Source: Paecilomyces variotii
Taxonomy: Eukaryota
Assembly (NCBI GenBank): GCA_004022145.1
Contig: RCNU01000007.1
Length of the DNA: 64,000 bases
Strand: one strand, 5' to 3'
How positions within the stretch are numbered: the first letter of the stretch is position 1; each line of letters starts with the position of its first letter. Position numbers and translations under genes: made by a program. The notes under the pieces were generated by a model that ran no database searches, had not been told where the DNA came from, and saw only the letters and a list, made by a program, of their open reading frames with translations. Positions 25,191 to 38,375 of this stretch are shown one piece after another.

Positions 25191-26401
25191 GGTGACGGAT
25201 AGTGAGGAGAGCCTGGATCGGGCCCTCGCGTCTCTAGAGGCTTTGATTTTCTTTGTCTGAGGAAGATGTGATCAATAATAGTAAATATGGTAGTACATAT
25301 AAACCTGGAGTCTGTCGCGGGGCGTGTGGCGAAGGATTGTGACTTTGTCCTTTGGCGGAATTGCGAATTGCTAAGCAAGACCCGCCAGCCGTCTCTTTGC
25401 GGGCAGCTTCGGAGTTAAAGTGTAACTTGACAATCTGAATATTGTCAGCGCAGAGTCATAACATTTAATATTCTGACGCAACTGATGCTTACGATCGGAC
25501 CAACTAATAAGATTGCACTTAGACTGAGTCCATGCAGCTGACCCTGTGCAGCGTAAGTACTTAGCCATAAATGCAGGCCACTCGGCCAAGCCCATTCGAG
25601 ACACTTGCGTATCTCTGCTTCCTCAGTTGATTCCATCTAGGTTCTGCTGTCAACCTAGCCAAATTAACTCAATATAAGATATATACTGCACTTTCATGCA
25701 GAGTTATATTTACTATAGCTCTCAAGTGTAACGATACTCTCTCTAGTGCAGGCGTTTAACTGCCGTAATGAGAACCATAGTGACTGTTAGAAGTCAATAG
25801 AGTATTCGTCTACAGCTACAAGAGAATAGTGTCACTCCCCAAAGAAGTTCAAATAATAGTCTCTAGGATCTAATCAGATAAGCCCTGGATGGGGTATAGA
25901 GTGAGCAGTATATAGTTATCCACCAGCTTATATCATCCTTAACCAAGTTGACAGAAACAAGCATCTAGCAAAGTAGTTGGCTAGCGCACACCATTGTCAG
26001 CTATTGACGGGCATGAATCGAATTTCGTGCAGAATATGTCTTGCAATAGCAGATTTTATCACCTCCTAAATCTTATAATTAACTTACTCTTCGCTGATTT
26101 TAAGAACAGCTTTGAAACATCAACAACCGAATTGATAAGCCTAGCATGAAAAAGGGCTTAATTGTTTATAGCCTAATTAATCATTATTCGTAACTGGTGG
26201 CCTGATAAGGTCAAGACTCCCGACAACTTGGCCACGCAAGAGAGCGCGGGAATTCCTAATCATAGCCAACGGTAACCCCACCTCTAGACGTATGGGTATA
26301 AAAGTTCGTGTGAGACGTGTAGCAATCCTACAATGTAGCTTTTAAGCCACTATTACATCTGTCGTGTTCTTTTTTTTCAATCAATTGTACTTCTCAAAAC
26401 A

Positions 26402-27106
26402 ATGAGCAACAATATCTTAACCGACGAAGAGGTCTCGCGAGCGGCTCATCTTCTAGATGCACAAAATAAAGCCGTCCAACTCTTTGAGGAGATCGAGAGG
26501 GATCTCATCCGCCCAGGTATCAGTGAAAAGGCATTGAGTGACGAAATCCACCAACTTGGAGCCAAACGTTACAATATTCGAACTCATTGGCATAAGCGAG
26601 TGATCCGAAGCGGACCAAACACATTGAAACCATTCGCCGACAACCCTCCAGACCGTATCATTGAGCCGGACGATATCTTGTATGTCGATTTAGGACCTGT
26701 CTTCGAAGCCTGGGAAGCCGACTTTGGACGTACCTTTGTTCTCGGAGATGACCCCAAGAAGAAACAACTACGCGATGCATTAGAGCCCGTGTTCAATACG
26801 GTCAAGGCGCATTTCCATGAGAACCCAGATCTGACGGGCGAGGAGCTATACGATGTCGCATCTCAGGTCGCCAACCAGTATGGGTTTCGGTTCGGTGCCC
26901 AACTGGCTGGTCATCTGATTGGGTCATTCCCACATGAACGTATCCCAAATGACAAAATTACGCTTTACATCTCAAAGGGTAATAAGACCAAAATAAACAG
27001 CCCCGGTCCTGATGGACATAAGCGGCATTGGATTCTGGAGATCCATCTTCGTGACCCTGAGGAGACTATGGGCGCTTTCTACGAGCAACTTCTGACGGTC
27101 GATTGA
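26402..27106 (+). CDS. Peptidase M24-family (pita-bread fold) metallo-hydrolase, single domain, intronless
   Basis: Candidate D,D,H,E,E metal ligands in DLGP, EADFGRT, GHLIG, LEIH and FYEQ. 234 aa, with no N-terminal creatinase domain. Confidence 0.85.
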   Translation: MSNNILTDEEVSRAAHLLDAQNKAVQLFEEIERDLIRPGISEKALSDEIHQLGAKRYNIRTHWHKRVIRSGPNTLKPFADNPPDRIIEPDDILYVDLGPVFEAWEADFGRTFVLGDDPKKKQLRDALEPVFNTVKAHFHENPDLTGEELYDVASQVANQYGFRFGAQLAGHLIGSFPHERIPNDKITLYISKGNKTKINSPGPDGHKRHWILEIHLRDPEETMGAFYEQLLTVD

Positions 27107-27846
27107 TGTTGATATCTGTCGGATATATGGAGAGTTCCTGTTGGAGTTCTTGCCTACATGTCATAGAGCTGGCCTCAGAGAAAGAAGGTCACCATGATCC
27201 CTGAACGAGGTACACCACTGAAGTCAACATCCTTGAGCAGCCGGGTTTCCAATCGATGTATCCATATTCATTAATGAGGTTCTACGGACTCTTCTGCATC
27301 TGTAGAACTTAACTGAATGTGTAGAGATCGCGTCAGCTCATGATAGGATGGCATCCGCCATAAGAAATGGTTTAACCTCGATCTAGTCGTCTGAGGATAC
27401 TTGATCAATTAATTATGTTATGTCGAATATCGAATGGCACGCAAGCAAGGTTCTGACCTGAACAACTTGAATAATTGCTTGCTTGCTTTCTTGCTTGATT
27501 GCTTCTAGGTTTAGGGATATTTTTCTTTAGCATACAAAAATTCTAGATCCTAGTGATCTAGTAGGTTCCATGCAGTTCCATCCTATATTTAGGAGCTGCT
27601 GGATACGGACAATTGACAGATCATCTAGCGTTTGATTTGTTATATTATAGATAACTGAGGTCAACCACAGCAATTGAACATAACAAGTAAAAAAGCGGTC
27701 CAGTACGGAGCACTATTTTTGGAATTGCTGTCGCGTGCATATTGGAAAACTAACCACTAGCAAGATGGATTAAGAAAGTGATTTATGACAATTTTCAATA
27801 TGAACAAATATTGTTTCCGGTAATAAGTAATCGGGTCAGATCAAGA

Positions 27847-27849
<3 letters not shown>

Positions 27850-27887
<38 letters not shown>
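27850..27887. repeat. Poly(T) tract, 38 nt
   Basis: Uninterrupted T run about 480 bp upstream of the ATRR start codon. Confidence 0.95.
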
Positions 27888-28364
27888 CTCCCAGCTGCTT
27901 GCTGCCACAGCATGCAGTAAGAAGAGATGATGTCCTAACATCGGAGTCACGCTAAGAAGAACAAAAAATCGGGGTTATTATTTAATATTACGCCACTGCG
28001 GTACCTTGGCAGCAGACAACAAGATCCCGTCTGTACCAATGATAACTTCGACTTTTTCTTTTTTCCCTTGTCCCGGTTGACTTTCTCCACAAGGAATTGA
28101 GGTAATTGCTTTTTATCTTTTATCAGTCCCCTCCGCCCACCGATCGCCATCGCTGCGTTTTTATCCACCCCGCGTTGGCAGTAGTCATTGGGCCCAATTC
28201 ATATTCCCACCAAGCGAGCATGGACTGCCATCTTCAGTCATTCATCCTCTCTCTTTGATATACCGCGTTCGCTAGAGACTAATTGCGTCCTTCTCTCTTT
28301 CGGACCTGGGATCGTCGATAGCTCCTGACTCGATCGTGGCCCGTTGTCCATTCCTAACCCCACA

Positions 28365-31300
28365 ATGCCTGCCATTGATATCAACAAAGACCTCTCCGCC
28401 CTCTTCATACAACAGGTCCAGGCTACCCCCGATGCCGTTGCACTGGAAGATGAGACAACCACTTATACATACGCTGAGCTAGACAAGGAGGTTAGTGAGC
28501 TAGCCGCTCGTCTCCGTCGTTACGGCGTCAGTCGAGACAGTCTAGTCGGTGTGCTTCTGCCGCGGAGTGCTCACTATGTGATTACCTGCCTCGCCGCACT
28601 CCGTGCTGGAGGCGCTTTTCTTGTACTGGAGCTTGCCTACCCTCCTGATCTCTTGGCCGATGTGGTCGAAGATGCAAACCCGGCTGTAGTGGTCACCTAT
28701 AGGGCTGAGGTCGGTAAGATCAAAGCCGGGGTGCCGGTCATCGTTCTCGATGAGCCGCCGGTAGAAGCCAATGGATATGCGAAGGAGCCGGCTCCCTTGC
28801 CTGCTGACGATGACTTGGACCGACTTGCCTTTGTGTCGTACTCGTCCGGTACGACTGGCAAGCCCAAAGGAATTGCAAACCCCCACCGGGCCCCAGTGCT
28901 CTCGTACAACCTCAGATTCGGAGTTCAAGACGTTCAACCCGGAGATCGCGTGGCCTGCAATGTGTTCTTCATCTGGGAAATCTTACGTCCACTTTTGCGA
29001 GGAGCTACGGTCGTCGCAGTGCCGGATGAAGTGAGCTATGATCCTGCCGCACTCGTCGAGCTTCTTGCTTCCAAGCATATCACCGAGACGCTTATGACAC
29101 CCACACTCCTGGCTACCGTCCTGTCTCGCCATCCAAATCTAGGAGATGAGCTTCCAGACTTACGCGTCTTGTGGTTCAACGGCGAGGTGGTCACAGCCGA
29201 TCTAGCCCGTCGATCTATCAAGGCCCTTCCAAAGACACGCCTGCTCAACTGTTACAGTGCTTGTGAGACCCATGAGATAGCTTGTGGAGATATTCGGGAT
29301 ATGCTCGACAATGAAGCCTCGTATTGTCCTGTTGGTCCGCCTTTGGACCCCAAGCATACTTATATTCTCGACGAGAGCGGCAACAGAGTGGAAGATGGCG
29401 TGAGTGGGGAGCTCTTCATCGGTGGTCCTTTACTAGCCCGGGGATACCTCAACCTTCCTGAAACTACTGCCAAGGCCTTTACACCCGATCCATTTGATAC
29501 CACACCAGGGGCCCGTATGTACAGAACTGGAGATGGAGCGAGACTGCTGCCCTCGGGCCTCCTTGAGATCACTGGTCGCGTTGGGGCTATGATCAAACTC
29601 CGTGGTTACTCTGTGGTGCCAGGAAAGGTCGAAAATGAGATTGTCAAGCATTTAGCTGTCAGCCGATGTGCAGTAGTTGCCCATGGTGAAGGTCTGGAAA
29701 AGCAATTGGTTGCGTATATTGTCCGCGAGAAGGATGGTGCTGGGGGCCGTCCCGCGGTAGAGATTGACGAGTCAGGACACAGTCCAGCTGCGCGTCGCGT
29801 TCTGTCACCATATCTTGCACATTACATGATCCCAGCTCTATGGGTTGAACTGGATGAGTTGCCTACTCATGATGTCTCTGGAAAGGTGGATCTCAAACGC
29901 CTTCCTCCACCACGCATCACTACCCCGGTCAATGGTAATGGCCAGAAGCACGATCCGATTGGCATTGATGACATTGCTGCAGCTTGGGCAGCGGTTCTCA
30001 AGACATCAAAAACTCTGCTGAAACCGACCGATAACTTCTTCGACGTGGGTGGACACTCTTTGTTGCTTGCGGATCTGTCTTCTAGGCTATCGAGAGATTT
30101 TGGCTTCCGCATTCCTATCCCTCGTCTCGCAGAGAATTCAACCATTGCTGGCCATCTGGAAACGGTGCGTGCTGTGAGGGATGGACACGCTGCAGCGGTG
30201 CAAGCAGACCTCCCTGCGGTACTACGTGCGGATTCTACTCTTGATGACGATATCAGACCATCCTCTGGTGTCACGATACGCTCAGTTAACAAAGCAAACA
30301 CGGTGCTTCTCACCGGTGTCACTGGATATTTGGGCGCTTTCCTACTCAACGACCTGCTGCAAAACACCTCTGCTCATATTGTATGCCTTGTGCGTTTTAA
30401 TGAACCTACAAATGACGACCAGCCTGGAGGAATTGCCAGGCTACGAAGAAACCTGCTTGACCTAGGGCTCTGGAGCGATGCGATCATGGAACGCGTCGAG
30501 ATCCTCCCAGGAAACTTGTCTCGACCCCGTTTCGGTCTCTCAACGGAAGCGTTCGAAGAGCTCGCTTCTCGCGTTGATGTCATCATCCACGCAGCTGCCA
30601 CAGTCAACCTTGTGTATCCATATGCTGCATTGCGTGGTGCGAACGTTGGTGGAACAAAAGAGATTCTCCGCTTGGCTTGCAAAGGCGACGCAACGGTGCA
30701 ATACGTGTCCACAAACGGTGTTCTGCCGCCGTCTGGGGAGAAAGGCTGGCCCGAAGATACCATATTGGACATTGAGGACGTCCCAACAAAGTTGCTCGAT
30801 GGCTATGGCCAGACCAAGTGGGTGGCGGAGCAGCTCGTCCTCGAGGCCGGCCGTCGCGGACTGCCGGTGAAGATACACCGAGCAGGAACCATTAGCGGCC
30901 ACAGTCTCACTGGTGCTGCCAATGCGTGGGATCTGCTCACGGCATTGATCGTAGAATCGATCCAAATTGGTCATGCTCCCGATGTGAAAGGCTGGCGTGC
31001 TGAGATGACACCGGTGGACTTTGTCAGCAAAGCCATCGTCCACCTTGCCGGCCAAACTCATGCAGAACAAACTATCTTTCACCTCGGTGATCCAGACCCT
31101 GTAGACACCCGATCGGTCTTCGAGGACCTTGCAGAGCTTGGCTACCCGACACAGAGGATCGGATGGGATGAATGGGTTGCACTCTGGACCGAGAAAAGAG
31201 GCTCTGTGAAGGGCGGCGACGGCGCATTTACCGTCGACATCCTTCGCAGCGGTATGCCGAGCGTTGAGTTTCTCCGGGGAATTGTTGTCCTCGACAATGC

Positions 31301-32195
31301 AGCGACCAGGCCTTTCCGTACGGTCGTTGAACGGCCCAAGGTGGACAAGGTCTTGCTCGAGACTTACACGCGCCACTGGTTTGCCAGAGGTTGGCTACCG
31401 CACCCTCCTTCACGTCAGCATGCCCTCGGAGGATCTGCAAAGCCCATCACCAGAGGTCCCTTAAGCGGACGTGTGGCAGTTATAACGGGCGCGTCTTCTG
31501 GCATTGGCGAGGCAGTTGCTGTGGCTTTGGCGAAAGAAGGATGCCACATAGCGCTCGCAGCTCGGCGATTGGACGCTCTCGAAGCTGTCAAGCGCCGGCT
31601 AGTGGTCCGCGAAGGTAAGGTCATCATCCGGAAAACAGACGTTACGGACAAGGCGCAGGTAGACGCCCTCATCCGTGCTGCGAACGACGAGCTTGGCCCT
31701 GTCGATATTCTCGTCTCCTGTGCTGGAGTCATGTACTTCACCATGATGGCCAACACGCAGACAGAGGAGTGGGAGCGTACTGTGGATGTCAACTGCAAGG
31801 GTCTCCTTCACTGTCTGGCTGCCACAGTGCCAGACATGATCTCGCGTAAGAGCGGCCACATCGTCGCCATCTCGTCCGACGCAGGACGTAAGGTCTTCCC
31901 CGGATTGGGCGTTTACTCGGCGAGCAAGTTCTTTGTTGAGGCAACGCTTCAATCACTGCGTCTCGAGACAGCGGGAACAGGCTTGCGTGTGACCAGTGTC
32001 CAGCCAGGCAACACGGCTACGGACCTGCTGGGAATGTCCACTGACGCTGAGGCTATCAAGAAATATGGCGAGCCGTCGGGTGCGAAGATCCTCGACCCAG
32101 AAGATGTTGCGAACTCGATCGTTTACGCGCTACGCCAACCCCCGCATGTTGCAGTCAACGAAGTCCTGATCGAACCCCGGGACGAGCCGATATAG
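28365..32195 (+). CDS. ATRR: NRPS-like A-T-R-R enzyme, glycine betaine reductase (ATRR) orthologue
   Basis: A domain (YSSGTTGKPKG, YRTGD, GKVD; atypical NVFFIWE pocket), T domain (NFFDVGGHSLL), thioester reductase (TGVTGYLG, YGQTK), C-terminal classical SDR (TGASSGIG, YSASK). The architecture matches the characterised fungal ATRR. Confidence 0.92.
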   Translation: MPAIDINKDLSALFIQQVQATPDAVALEDETTTYTYAELDKEVSELAARLRRYGVSRDSLVGVLLPRSAHYVITCLAALRAGGAFLVLELAYPPDLLADVVEDANPAVVVTYRAEVGKIKAGVPVIVLDEPPVEANGYAKEPAPLPADDDLDRLAFVSYSSGTTGKPKGIANPHRAPVLSYNLRFGVQDVQPGDRVACNVFFIWEILRPLLRGATVVAVPDEVSYDPAALVELLASKHITETLMTPTLLATVLSRHPNLGDELPDLRVLWFNGEVVTADLARRSIKALPKTRLLNCYSACETHEIACGDIRDMLDNEASYCPVGPPLDPKHTYILDESGNRVEDGVSGELFIGGPLLARGYLNLPETTAKAFTPDPFDTTPGARMYRTGDGARLLPSGLLEITGRVGAMIKLRGYSVVPGKVENEIVKHLAVSRCAVVAHGEGLEKQLVAYIVREKDGAGGRPAVEIDESGHSPAARRVLSPYLAHYMIPALWVELDELPTHDVSGKVDLKRLPPPRITTPVNGNGQKHDPIGIDDIAAAWAAVLKTSKTLLKPTDNFFDVGGHSLLLADLSSRLSRDFGFRIPIPRLAENSTIAGHLETVRAVRDGHAAAVQADLPAVLRADSTLDDDIRPSSGVTIRSVNKANTVLLTGVTGYLGAFLLNDLLQNTSAHIVCLVRFNEPTNDDQPGGIARLRRNLLDLGLWSDAIMERVEILPGNLSRPRFGLSTEAFEELASRVDVIIHAAATVNLVYPYAALRGANVGGTKEILRLACKGDATVQYVSTNGVLPPSGEKGWPEDTILDIEDVPTKLLDGYGQTKWVAEQLVLEAGRRGLPVKIHRAGTISGHSLTGAANAWDLLTALIVESIQIGHAPDVKGWRAEMTPVDFVSKAIVHLAGQTHAEQTIFHLGDPDPVDTRSVFEDLAELGYPTQRIGWDEWVALWTEKRGSVKGGDGAFTVDILRSGMPSVEFLRGIVVLDNAATRPFRTVVERPKVDKVLLETYTRHWFARGWLPHPPSRQHALGGSAKPITRGPLSGRVAVITGASSGIGEAVAVALAKEGCHIALAARRLDALEAVKRRLVVREGKVIIRKTDVTDKAQVDALIRAANDELGPVDILVSCAGVMYFTMMANTQTEEWERTVDVNCKGLLHCLAATVPDMISRKSGHIVAISSDAGRKVFPGLGVYSASKFFVEATLQSLRLETAGTGLRVTSVQPGNTATDLLGMSTDAEAIKKYGEPSGAKILDPEDVANSIVYALRQPPHVAVNEVLIEPRDEPI

Positions 32196-32506
32196 TTTCA
32201 TGGCGACCTTACCGTAATATTTATAGAGTAGATCTTCTATAGGGAGCGTCGTTTTAAGCTCGTTGATTATTGATTTTTTGATTCTTTTTCTTGGTTGTAG
32301 TCTATTCTAGAAAGCATAATAACATGAACGAGAACCGTATATGTGAAATCCTGTTTGTTGAGCATCGCTTAAGTATGAAACACTAACTATCAATGGAGGT
32401 GGTGCTTCTTCGTGATCAAAGTGTACCGACTTGAGCTATAGTTGTATGTACGTTAGACGTATCAAAAACAACATTGATTGCAGCTGCTCTTCAGATCGAG
32501 TCTCAA

Positions 32507-33398
32507 ATGTCAGCGATGTTGTACGGTTGGCGAGCCAGATCGACGTTCTGTGGTTTCAAGGGTCTATTACGACCACAACCCACATCTCGGGTTTGTGATC
32601 GCGTCGTTTCTTTTCCAACTCCGTGGTCCACAGGCGTCTGCACAAAGGCGGACTGACTGTACGAAAACAGGTCTACACCGTACCTTGGGCTTGCAGAAGG
32701 CAGAGCAGCATGCCGTTAACGCGTTCTTCCAGTCCACTCGTGTGGATCGACTGCGAGGTGAGGCCTTCACAACACGGTTTCGCGTCGTTCATAGCCAACC
32801 GCGCTTCCACTAGCGAATTGCGTGTCGCTCTTTTATTGCTAGTGACCGCAAAAGCTGACTGTGTGATCCTCTTCAGATGACAGGTCTCGACCCCTCCACT
32901 GACCAGATCCTCCAAATCTGTTGCTTCATCACCGACGCGCAACTTCAGCTCCTTGAACCCAATGGCTTCGAAGCCGTCATTCACCACCCCAAGTCTACTC
33001 TGGATTCCATGAACGAGTGGTGTATCGACACTCACGGTCGTACTGGGCTTACAGCTGCTGTTCTCTCCTCCTCCACGACCCCTTCTGCCGCCGCAACCGA
33101 TCTACTCAGTTACATCAAGAGATACGTCCCGCAGCCGCGGACCGCATTGCTGGCAGGAAACAGCGTTCACGCAGACCGAGCGTTTCTCTCCCGGGGTCCT
33201 TACGCGCAAGTTCTCGAATGGCTCCATTATCGTATCCTGGACGTGAGCGCGATCAAGGAAGCGGCGCGACGCTGGGGAAGCGATGAGTTGCTGAGCGACG
33301 TCCCGCCCAAAAAGGAAGTGCACCTGGCAAAAGATGATATACTAGAGAGTATCGAGGAGATGAAATTCTACAAGGAGAGGCTTTTTGGGCACAACTGA
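32507..33398 (+). CDS. REX2: Oligoribonuclease (DEDDh, Rex2/Orn), 3 exons, with probable mitochondrial presequence
   Basis: Exons 32507-32590, 32671-32757 and 32877-33398 join in phase 0. PLVWIDCEMTGLD, LAGNSVHADRAFL, LHYRILDVS and HLAKDDILESIEE motifs. Confidence 0.9.
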
Positions 33399-34309
33399 TG
33401 AGGTCGTGGCGTTGATCAATCAACTTGCTACCACCCCACCACCGTCCTTGAAGTTATCATTAGTGACCAGAAAAGGCTTTAAGCTCGACATGTCTCTGTG
33501 ATACAGCTCGGGGTATTTCAGTCCACGGGGAAATTGGCTTCCTCGCCTTGTTTAAGATTCCGCACCAGGTCTTGGAAGACCCACGACTAACTTATGATGA
33601 TGCGAGCAGTTGTTGACTGCTTCCAAGAAGGGAGTCCCGTCTGGAGTAAAAGCTGGGTTGGGATTATGTACTCTATATCAATATCGTCTGATTCGGGAAC
33701 TTGATACCAGAGGTCCTCGCTCGGCGCAACCACGATGAAACCTCGGGGCTGGACGGTACTGTGGCACAGGACGAGTATGGCTCTTCTGATTTGTAGCAAA
33801 GGACCTAGAAGCAAGCCGCTTTTTTTCGAGGGCGGCTTGGAGTGACCCCGCACTAGCTCACCGCTGCGGTTGTTGGATGATTGTAGCGAGATGCTAGAAA
33901 GAACAGGTGGTCAGTCAAGAGGTTGGATCAAAATTGATCGATTGCTCGAAGAGAGAGTATCGTACTAATAATAAGTTAGTTACTATGGTATTTGCACCTG
34001 TAGGAAGGGCAGCAGAATAATAAGAAGAATAAACATCCAGTGGCCAGACTTGAAGCGGGAAACACGATAACATGACGCCAGTTGCCCCTCCTTCCTGTTC
34101 GCCCCTCCCATGGCCCACTTGGGCCAGCTCGACAGCAGAACAAAACAACGTGAAGATCAGGGACAAGAACGTCGTTCTCTTTCTTTCCCCTTCCACTTCA
34201 GCGTTGCTCGTTTCTATTTCTTCTGCCACTTCCATTGTCTCTGCACCGTCCAGTCCTCCCGGACTGCGATCCACTGGGTGATAACTTTCTGAATCCTACG
34301 ATAGCAACC

Positions 34310-36140
<1,831 letters not shown>

Positions 36141-36537
36141 ACGTGATGGCTATGATTTGCCGCGAGTAGCTTAATGTGCTTACTCTTTTGCGTCGGTCAC
36201 TTCCCTGTGATAGGAGCAGGATTCTGATGACTGAGGGAATGACATGATATGGATATAGAGAGCATTAGTAATACGCACCGAGAACATCAAAGCGGAGCAT
36301 GGGAGACGCCCATTAATCTGATTTAATTACTACGAATACGAGGCTATTCCGAACCAAGCACATGTGCTTTCCAAATAATAACCAGTCAACTATATGAAGT
36401 TCTATCATCGTAGTCGAACGGCTATTGTAGCGCCACATAACAGTGTTGATTAATATAAGTTCTTGCTAAAGAAGTATTATAATAATAATGTCCAGATCGT
36501 CAAATCGTAACGTGGTCATGAAGAACCTTGGTGAACA

Positions 36538-38130
36538 TCAAATAGTGCCCACAGTTGCCAATTTCTGCTCCCACCAGTCTTTCCACTTTACAACCTTCTC
36601 TTCCCGCCTGGCCTCTTCAGCAGCGAATACTACTGCGTGACTGCGGACGGCTTCTTCTAAGCTACAGCCGACAAATTTCATCTGGGCTTCAGAAACTTCC
36701 ATTCCGCCATTTTCAACAGCATCCACAGCTGCCACGAACGCCCGCGTCAGACCGTAGTCTCCGCCTCCATGTGCCTTCTCCTCCTCAGGCGGTTGGCGCG
36801 GGACTTCGATCACCGTGGTCGAGCGCGTGGCGAAGCTGTATATGGTGATTGTGCGGCTGTCGTAAGATACTTCACCGTGAGTGCCGTAGACACGGCCACG
36901 ACGCTCACATTGCTTCTCCGTCGGAGCGATCATATGGAAGCTTGCAGTCTTTGATGGGCGCTTATGTACTGTGTCGTCGTCCCAGGAGATGGTAACTACC
37001 TGGTCATCGCAAACATTATTGTCCGCTTCATATACACAGCGGCCATACCAGGTCCGGGAGGCTATGCTTTCGTCAGACATTTTGGCTCGGTCATAATCCT
37101 GGCGGAGATGGCTGAGGAGCAGATCCTCCGCTGCCGCAGCGCCGGACGTGGTCAGCGTGTCTTCAATGTCTGGACACACAATGCTGACCGGCCAATCGGT
37201 ATGCCCTTTGGCCAGGTGCATATCGCGGTAGATCTTGAGAGCACTGTAGTTGCAAACCCGCTCAGCAGGACACGAGAGACAGTTCGTCGCCGTCCCTGCA
37301 GCAGCGGGCTTCCGCTGGGGACGGAACTGCGTCAAAGCGCCCATAGAAGAGATGGATCGAGGTTCATGAGGAGGATGGTTCACCGCTGAGCCCGGTGGGG
37401 GCGAACACAGAAGCCATAGAATGAAGTCAATATCGTGACATGACTTTGTAAGAAGGGAACCATCCCCGTTGGGTGTTCCGCGGCGCCAATTACCACGCAC
37501 GTAACTATGAGAGAAATGCCACCAGCCGACAGGTTCGCAGTGCTCGAGAGAGACAACATCTCCGATGACTTTATCCGTCAGGATGATATCTCTAAGAAGT
37601 ATGTTGTGCGGGCTATACCGCAAAACATGTCCAATGGAGAAGATCTTCGACGGCGAACCAGTGCGAAGGGCATTGTAGATGGACAGACAATCATCAAGCG
37701 ATGTTGCCAGAGGCTTCTCAGAGAGGATATGTAGATTCAGAGGCGCAATAGCCTCTAATATCTCAACATGCATCTCATCGAGCGTGCATACGAAAACCCC
37801 ATCGATGCCTTCTGGGACATCTTGCCCAGCAGCTTTTTTCTGTCTTCTTTCGGTCTCCCATCTCAGCCAGTCCTTCCAATCAGCGAATTCTTGGCCCTCT
37901 GAGGCCTCGCCTCCAGATCCCCAGATATAGTTCTTCCCGAACTCCCGCCGCTTGAATGCATGTGGTTCAGCAACGGCGTGGATGACGCCCCGCGTCGCGA
38001 CGGTCACAGCTCGACCGTATGCATTTCCACGAGATCCAGCACCGATGACAAGAAATCGAAGCTTCTTCATCCCTGAGGAAGCTGGAACGGCATCGTTGGA
38101 TCCGGAGGCGCCGTCGGTTGGAACAGCCAT
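36538..38130 (-). CDS. Gfo/Idh/MocA-family NAD(P)-dependent oxidoreductase (StrI-like), intronless
   Basis: Rossmann VIGAGSRG, EKPLA, GHVLRYSP, HFSHSYVRGNWR, KSCHDID, HGGGDYGL; CLSCPAERVC cysteine motif. Confidence 0.9.
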   Translation of the reverse strand: MAVPTDGASGSNDAVPASSGMKKLRFLVIGAGSRGNAYGRAVTVATRGVIHAVAEPHAFKRREFGKNYIWGSGGEASEGQEFADWKDWLRWETERRQKKAAGQDVPEGIDGVFVCTLDEMHVEILEAIAPLNLHILSEKPLATSLDDCLSIYNALRTGSPSKIFSIGHVLRYSPHNILLRDIILTDKVIGDVVSLEHCEPVGWWHFSHSYVRGNWRRGTPNGDGSLLTKSCHDIDFILWLLCSPPPGSAVNHPPHEPRSISSMGALTQFRPQRKPAAAGTATNCLSCPAERVCNYSALKIYRDMHLAKGHTDWPVSIVCPDIEDTLTTSGAAAAEDLLLSHLRQDYDRAKMSDESIASRTWYGRCVYEADNNVCDDQVVTISWDDDTVHKRPSKTASFHMIAPTEKQCERRGRVYGTHGEVSYDSRTITIYSFATRSTTVIEVPRQPPEEEKAHGGGDYGLTRAFVAAVDAVENGGMEVSEAQMKFVGCSLEEAVRSHAVVFAAEEARREEKVVKWKDWWEQKLATVGTI

Positions 38131-38360
38131 GGCTTCTTACAATCTGTCCACTTCTGTCGTATCCAGTTAGGCCTAGAATGTTAGCAGGAGGAAGAAGAAG
38201 AGGGAAGAAAGCATGGATTTGAATGATCTTGGGTTTGATACTCGCTGCGATGCGATCAGTATTCCCCACGTTGTAATGTCGGCTCAGTGATTGGGTTGTT
38301 AAGTATCTCCGCTGCGGAACCACCTTGGTCCTTACTTATCTTCCCCGCCTTCTCTCGTCC

Positions 38361-38375
38361 AAGTACCTTGACAGA
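38361..38375 (-). promoter_or_regulatory. Candidate ZafA zinc-response motif upstream of the Gfo/Idh/MocA gene
   Basis: TCTGTCAAGGTACTT on the minus strand is a 15/15 match to the DYYVYCARGGTVYYY consensus (recalled from A. fumigatus literature), 231-245 bp upstream of the ATG. Confidence 0.55.

Noticed and set aside
25873-25881. SreA-like ATCAGATAA motif between the GCL modifier and M24 genes
   Set aside because: Single 9-mer; about one is expected by chance in a window this size.
33587-34274. Minus-strand ORFs and splice-like signals divergent from PGM
   Set aside because: No recognisable protein features, and they overlap the pyrimidine-rich PGM promoter/leader.
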